Shown here one piece after another: positions 45,681 to 53,085 of a stretch of 53,085 nucleotides of DNA. The notes below the pieces were generated by a model that was not told the DNA's origin, ran no database searches, and worked only from the letters and a program-made list of their open reading frames with translations. Origin of the DNA: Vicugna vicugna. Its lineage: Eukaryota. Where the stretch lies: the NCBI GenBank assembly GCA_013265495.1, contig MU057941.1:124001-177085 (forward strand). Reading direction: 5' to 3'. The translations under genes were made by a program, and so were the position numbers. The first letter of the stretch is position 1; each line of letters begins with the position of its first letter.

Positions 45681-47989
45681 TGCACCCATACATTGGAATA
45701 GAGAATTCCACAGAGTGTAATAAACAGCTGACTTAAAAATGAACACAACTTATTTGCAATAATGATGACCCATTGGATTCCTAGAGAAATTTAAAAGAAG
45801 ACAACCAACCACCTGACTTGCTGAATCTCCAGGGGTTTTACTGAGATCATGCTGCCATGCTGGACCCCACAGAAACTAAGACATACACATCTCCAACCTA
45901 GCTCCTAACTGTAGGATTACAAATTTTACGTAAGAAAAACATAACAACAAACATGACAACACAAAAAGCTTAACAAAAATAATCTTGTTCACTGACACTT
46001 CCTAACCACCAACTATCTTCAGCCCTTTTCTACCACTTCAGTTCCCTAGGGACATTCAGGAGATCCAAGTGTCACTGTGACCTTCACCTCTGAGAAATGT
46101 CTGCTTCAGCAGCCGCTGGTGACACTGTTCTAAGCATTTTATGTATTTACGTATGACATCTGTATGTATGTAAGTGTATGTATCTGTACACGTTAAATGA
46201 GATTATATATGATAGACTCTCCATTTATGATACAGTAATATAATCATCTATAATACATGTATTACTTATGCAAGTATATGTACAGATTACTTATATAATC
46301 TAATTAATTCATACAGGTCTGTAAGGTGAAGGAAATGCTAGGTTTTCACCAGATTTATGTTTTAATAGATAAAGAAGGCAAAATCAGTCTGTAATATTTC
46401 CAATTCTTCGAGGACAGTGTGGGGAAATGCTAGAGAGAAGTTTTTATCTAGACTGCTTAAATATAGCATTCTAAACCCCTCTCCTAATTTAGACCGAAGC
46501 CAACCTGCCCACCCACAGTCATGAAGAACCACACAAATACAAGAAAGCTTAGTATTAATATACTGTATTTCTTATTTAGTCGATCCTTTGAGAAGCAAGA
46601 GTAGGGAGACACCTTACTCTCATTCAGCACTGCTGCTCCTCTCTCCTTACCCAAGGTCTGCAAGGCTCCCTGATGGTCCTTACCAGTCTTACTAGAATAT
46701 CACTGTCTTGTTTTAGACCTTTTAAGAAATGATGATCAGTCTACCTGCAACTAGTCAAAGCTCTGACTTTTAGGTAGAGAACCCTCATTAGCTATACCTG
46801 TATAACAACCTATGTGTCTTAGTCTCACCCATACTTTCTTCTTTTATCTTTCAGTTCCAAAACTAGTACATGTGTTTGATAATATTTATGTCTATAATTT
46901 AGATATTAAGCTCCAAAAGAAATAAAAATAATTGAGTTGTGAAAATCTTAAATTAGAGAAAAATCAGAAGACATCTCTTTCTGGCTTAGAGCCTAATGTT
47001 CTGGGTAAGTCATCAGACTGTGCGGATCATTTCCATGGGGTGAGGAGCCTGACTGCCTACTCCACAGCACTGTATCAAAAGAAATAAAATAAAAGATTCA
47101 ATCTGTCAATTTATGAAAGAGAAATTCTAAGTTAATAAGATGTCTAAACACAGTGATCACATTAACCAGTAATCTAAGCTAGCATTTGATAGCCAAAAAT
47201 ATCACACTGGATTCTTAGTGACACACTTAGAGTAGACAGATTTCCTGTCACATTCAGCAGTAGCCGTGTGTGTCGCAAAACTGCCAAAACCCACTTTACA
47301 AGAATCATATGCATGTGGGAGAGCCCACTCATGTTCTCAATCCACAAAGAGAGTCTGTGGATACCATGTGTCTCCCCCTACCTTAAATAAAAATATGTAT
47401 TACCCACCTCATAACAGCTACAGCTAGTCATGAGGATTTGCTCGTGAACTAGGAAGGTGTGTTTATGTCTCCTTCCATTATGCAGTGGAAATATGCAGGG
47501 AACATCACACAGCATCCTGTTGTCCCCTCAGTGCAAACATGCGAGCTGAAGACAGCCATGCCAAGTCCTCCAGAAAAGGAACAGAAGTGCTCACAACTGT
47601 TCTAACCCCTTTACGACTCCCCCACTGGACTGTCACTGCTGCCTAATCTGAGAATTCACTTTCTCCTTCACGTCATGCTCTCAGACTTTAAAAGACTGTC
47701 GCCAGTGTTTCTAAAATCCGGACCTGTGCCAGGAATTTTCTGCTTTAATATCCATCACTCACTGCTTCCAATCACAGCATCAGATCTAAAGTTCATCCCA
47801 ACTCCTTAATGGCTTTAAGTGCTAACAAATCAATTAGTTTCTGTCGGACCAATTTTATAGGCAAGAGAATAAGCAGGAACCTGGCTGTGAATTCCGTGAT
47901 GAATGATGCAACAGCAAAGCTGGAGAAACAGCCTTAGAAGCCCTGAATCCCCATCCCTATCACACGCCAACAAAGAACCCTAGATCATC

Positions 47990-48160
47990 CTCTGTCAAAT
48001 TATTTATAGGTGTCAAGAAATATTTCTAATTATATCCATTCACAGCCACAGTCAGTGAATATTGTGCAAAGAGATTGCCAAAAAAGGTTTTGCCAAGTAG
48101 GTTCCCAGCTGGGACAGCTGAGGTGGCTGCTGTGTTTGCAAAATGGTCTCTATAAAAGTG
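47990..48160 (+). promoter_or_regulatory. MYH4: MYH4 proximal promoter
   Basis: AT-rich blocks 47995-48010 and 48017-48038; CArG CCAAAAAAGG 48078-48087; E-boxes CAGCTG at 48106 and 48115; TATAAAA 48151-48157. Confidence 0.85.
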
Positions 48161-48179
48161 GAGCTGAGCTGCCTCAGTC

Positions 48180-48204
48180 CCGTCCTTCCTCAAAATTCTT
48201 TAAG
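48180..48204 (+). other. MYH4: MYH4 non-coding exon 1 (start approximate)
   Basis: About 29 nt after TATA; AAG|gtatgt donor; paralogous to MYH1 exon 1. Confidence 0.7.
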
Positions 48205-48422
48205 GTATGTATACGTGGAAGAACACATGGCTAGTCTTACATTCCTGATGAAAAACGGTTATTCACTTAAGGGAAATGGCTACTGTTTCCCAAATTTTAA
48301 TTTTTTCTTGCCAATATTCCTAAGGATGATATCGTACATAATATAGTTACTAGTATTGGGGGATTAAATGGAAAAAAAATTAAAAGAATCCACATTCTCT
48401 TGTTTGTTTTTTCTTCCAACAG

Positions 48423-48471
48423 TAGTTGTCTGCTTTGAGCCTGCCACCTTCCGCACCTGGGAGCACAGGAG
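48423..48471 (+). other. MYH4: MYH4 non-coding exon 2
   Basis: Pyrimidine tract plus CAG acceptor; GAG|gtaaga donor. TAGTTGTCTGCTTTGAGCCTGCCACC resembles the IIb 5'UTR as recalled. Confidence 0.7.
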
Positions 48472-50848
48472 GTAAGAGTAATTTATTATTACACTATAAA
48501 GAGCAGAGCCTTCTACACGGCTACGTCTCAGAGAGCTGCACTCTGATATCCTAGTTTCGCGTTGGGAATAGGATAGAAGGAGCAGATCATCTTTTAAAAT
48601 GGCTTCTCACAAAATTTTGACTTTACAGACCACTTCACCACACAAAACCTAATGACTCTTCTCTTTCACATTATTAGAATTTCAGAAAGAATGCAATGAT
48701 CGTGTGTAATATTTAATATGAACTATTACTGCAACTTACCCAGTGCGGATATACCAGAGAAATGGAATGATAAAATCAACAATGTGTTGATCTGGAAATC
48801 AAAATTTCTAGGTGCCAATCCAGGCTTTTCGCTGACCCTAGCTGCCTGGGTCAAGCCAACTGGCTCTTATGTACGTTGAAATGCAGTGTGTTGCAGGGGA
48901 ATTGGCACTGAACTTGGACTTAAGAGAATAGGGCTCATGTCCCATACTACTATTTACATTTTTCTAACACTGAATGGCCCTTCACCTTTCTAACCCTCAT
49001 GTTCCTCATAAGCAAAACAAGGAAGCTGAACTTCACTACTAAGGTTCTTTGAGCTCTTGCAATCTACGGCCTAAGTCAGTGGTTTCCAAGGACTACTCCA
49101 TAGAATCAAAAAATTTAATGGACCTCCCCCAACTCCATGTGTTGCAACCTGTACTTTTAGTATCATATAAGGAATATACGTGATGATGAACACCTACTAT
49201 ACATTTAATAATTCTTTGCAATGAGTATATATTTAATATGACAGCTATACTCATTAAAAGAGAAAATATAGTTTGGGAATGTTGCTTGTCCCACCTTGAG
49301 GCCACTATTACTGTGCAGCTGGATTCAAGGACCCCAAGGATCCCTGGGGATTTGTGGCCCACAAGTTGGGAAATGATAGATCTCAGACCTGAGATGGGAA
49401 GGGTGGCACCGTTTCCATATTTTGTGGATAGACTGTATCACAGAAATCTCTATAAGGCAGTATGTTGTTAATTCAAAATTGCCAAGAATAAAAACACAGA
49501 AATAAACAAAAATTTCATTTATCCTTCCAAGAAAAAGCCCTGACAGTAAATGTTCCAATATCTAAAGTTCAATACCATCAAGAGACTTTTACAGGTACAA
49601 GCTAGATTGATTTCAGAGATACAGTATGTGGCAAACTCGCTAACACTCTAAATAGAGAGGAAGTGTAATGCTGATGATTAAAGAGCAAGACATCTTCTGG
49701 AAAACCTGCAAGAGGCCAAGGCTGCTGTTCTTGTTGCTATTGGCAACCAGGACCCATCTTTCCACCTTCTTTAACTCTGGTCACTCATCAGGGAAATAGG
49801 ATTTATTTTCTCAAAATTAATTTGTCAGTGGAAAAAATTTTAAGTCCATTTTGGCGTGACGCTCTATACTGGCTGTCCATTTTAAAACAGACATTTAAAG
49901 GACTGGTATTTTTTTTGAAAAAAGAGGATGGGGTAAGATATATATCTATATCTATATTTATATCTATAAAATAGCTAAAAGAAGAATTAGATAAAAACAA
50001 CTAGCAGGCTGATATCTAGCTTTAAAAAAAAGAAAATTATAGACCAAAAATATACAATCACTATGAAATTTTATTAAGAATTCAGATGTTAGAAGTTACC
50101 TTTTGTTTAGATAATCTACTGACTTTCAGAAATTTTGAGAACTGATAAAAAAGATTTAGTTTTGTTTAGGACAAAATCATCTGTTGCATTTTTGGCTTTC
50201 ACTGTACTTACTTCTTTTTTAGTACTTGTTACTTAACTAGGAGTTTCTTTGTGCTCATCAGGTGTTTTCAACCTGGACTTTTGGTCCTACAAAAAACAGA
50301 TTCAACTTTTCATACATCCCATTTTAATAATTTTTACACCCAATTAACAATTCCTATTTAAGTAATTTGAGGAGGAGGAAAATTTCCCTAAATATCTGAG
50401 TTTTTAAAACAGGTTCATTTAGATTAAAAGACCATTGGAAACAATTATGTTCATTTCTTTTAACATCACAATGTCAAAAAAAAAAAGGCGGGGGTTGGAA
50501 AAACGAAAGGGAAAAAAAGAAGAAAAGATTATGAACACATTTGGGATGTTGCTGATTGAAACATTAGTTTCTTCACAATTCTCAACTAAGGCTGAAAGTA
50601 TCAGGGATGGATTGGAGGCTTAGATATCGCACATATTAAGTTACCAACATAAGACCTTCAAATCAACGATCTGCTCTATCAGCACCTGGCAGAGTACACA
50701 CGCGTGATCCCTAAAGGCAGGGTGAGGAACGGCGTGGCCACTAAAGCAGACTGAAGAGCAAAAGGACAACCCACGCCCTGGCTCACCATCCAGCGCTCTT
50801 TCTCCCTCAGGTACTTCGGTGCCCTGCTGCCATCAGTACTCTGCAGCC

Positions 50849-52648
<1,800 letters not shown>

Positions 52649-53085
52649 GTATGTATTATTATTATGAGACTTATTCCTATTTTACTCACACTGGGAAAAT
52701 GACAAACCAGAACAAGAAATTAATTCATGCCCCCATACTAAACCAACAGCATGATCAGCCTGCAATTAGATATTATAAAGTATAGGTTACATCTGAATGT
52801 AAAAGGACAATGTCCCAATTTAAGTCATTTGCTAGTCCAGTATTGAAAGTTCCAGAATGTTCCGGCAAGTTGGAGATGTAAAACACCACATCCTCATACG
52901 GCCAGAACCCGTTACCGGGAAGCGAGCACACACAGCTTCTGAAGGTTAGCAGTCTGAAAACGTTGCCAGTGTTTCATTTGCAAGGTCTACTGGGGAATGC
53001 TTATTCCTTCAAAGACCTCACTTGGGAATGTCTTTAGCCTAAGGAAGCTGACAGACACATCATTATTTCAGAGAGTTTTGCACTC

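Overview
Mammalian genomic DNA from the fast skeletal myosin heavy chain cluster. It is very probably camelid, judged by a Vic-1-like tRNA-derived SINE. Three tandem + strand genes are present: the 3' half of MYH2 (IIa; exons 22-40, stop 12168), a complete MYH1 (IIx; promoter about 14600-14790, ATG 16629, stop 38651) and the 5' end of MYH4 (IIb; promoter about 47990-48160, ATG 50849, exons 1-6). Exon boundaries were read by hand, and nearly all give canonical sarcomeric MYH exon lengths. As assembled, MYH1 has a compound 18-bp deletion with an in-frame TGA in exon 37, a garbled 5' end of exon 4 and an N-gap in exon 16. These may be assembly errors or real lesions. MYH1 is also a mosaic sharing near-identical exon+intron tracts with both neighbours, consistent with gene conversion. 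Other points: an intact CArG box plus two E-boxes in the MYH4 promoter, a GC-AG intron, and a degenerate 32-bp pyrimidine-rich tandem array between MYH1 and MYH4. I found no clear evidence of a wholly new biological system.
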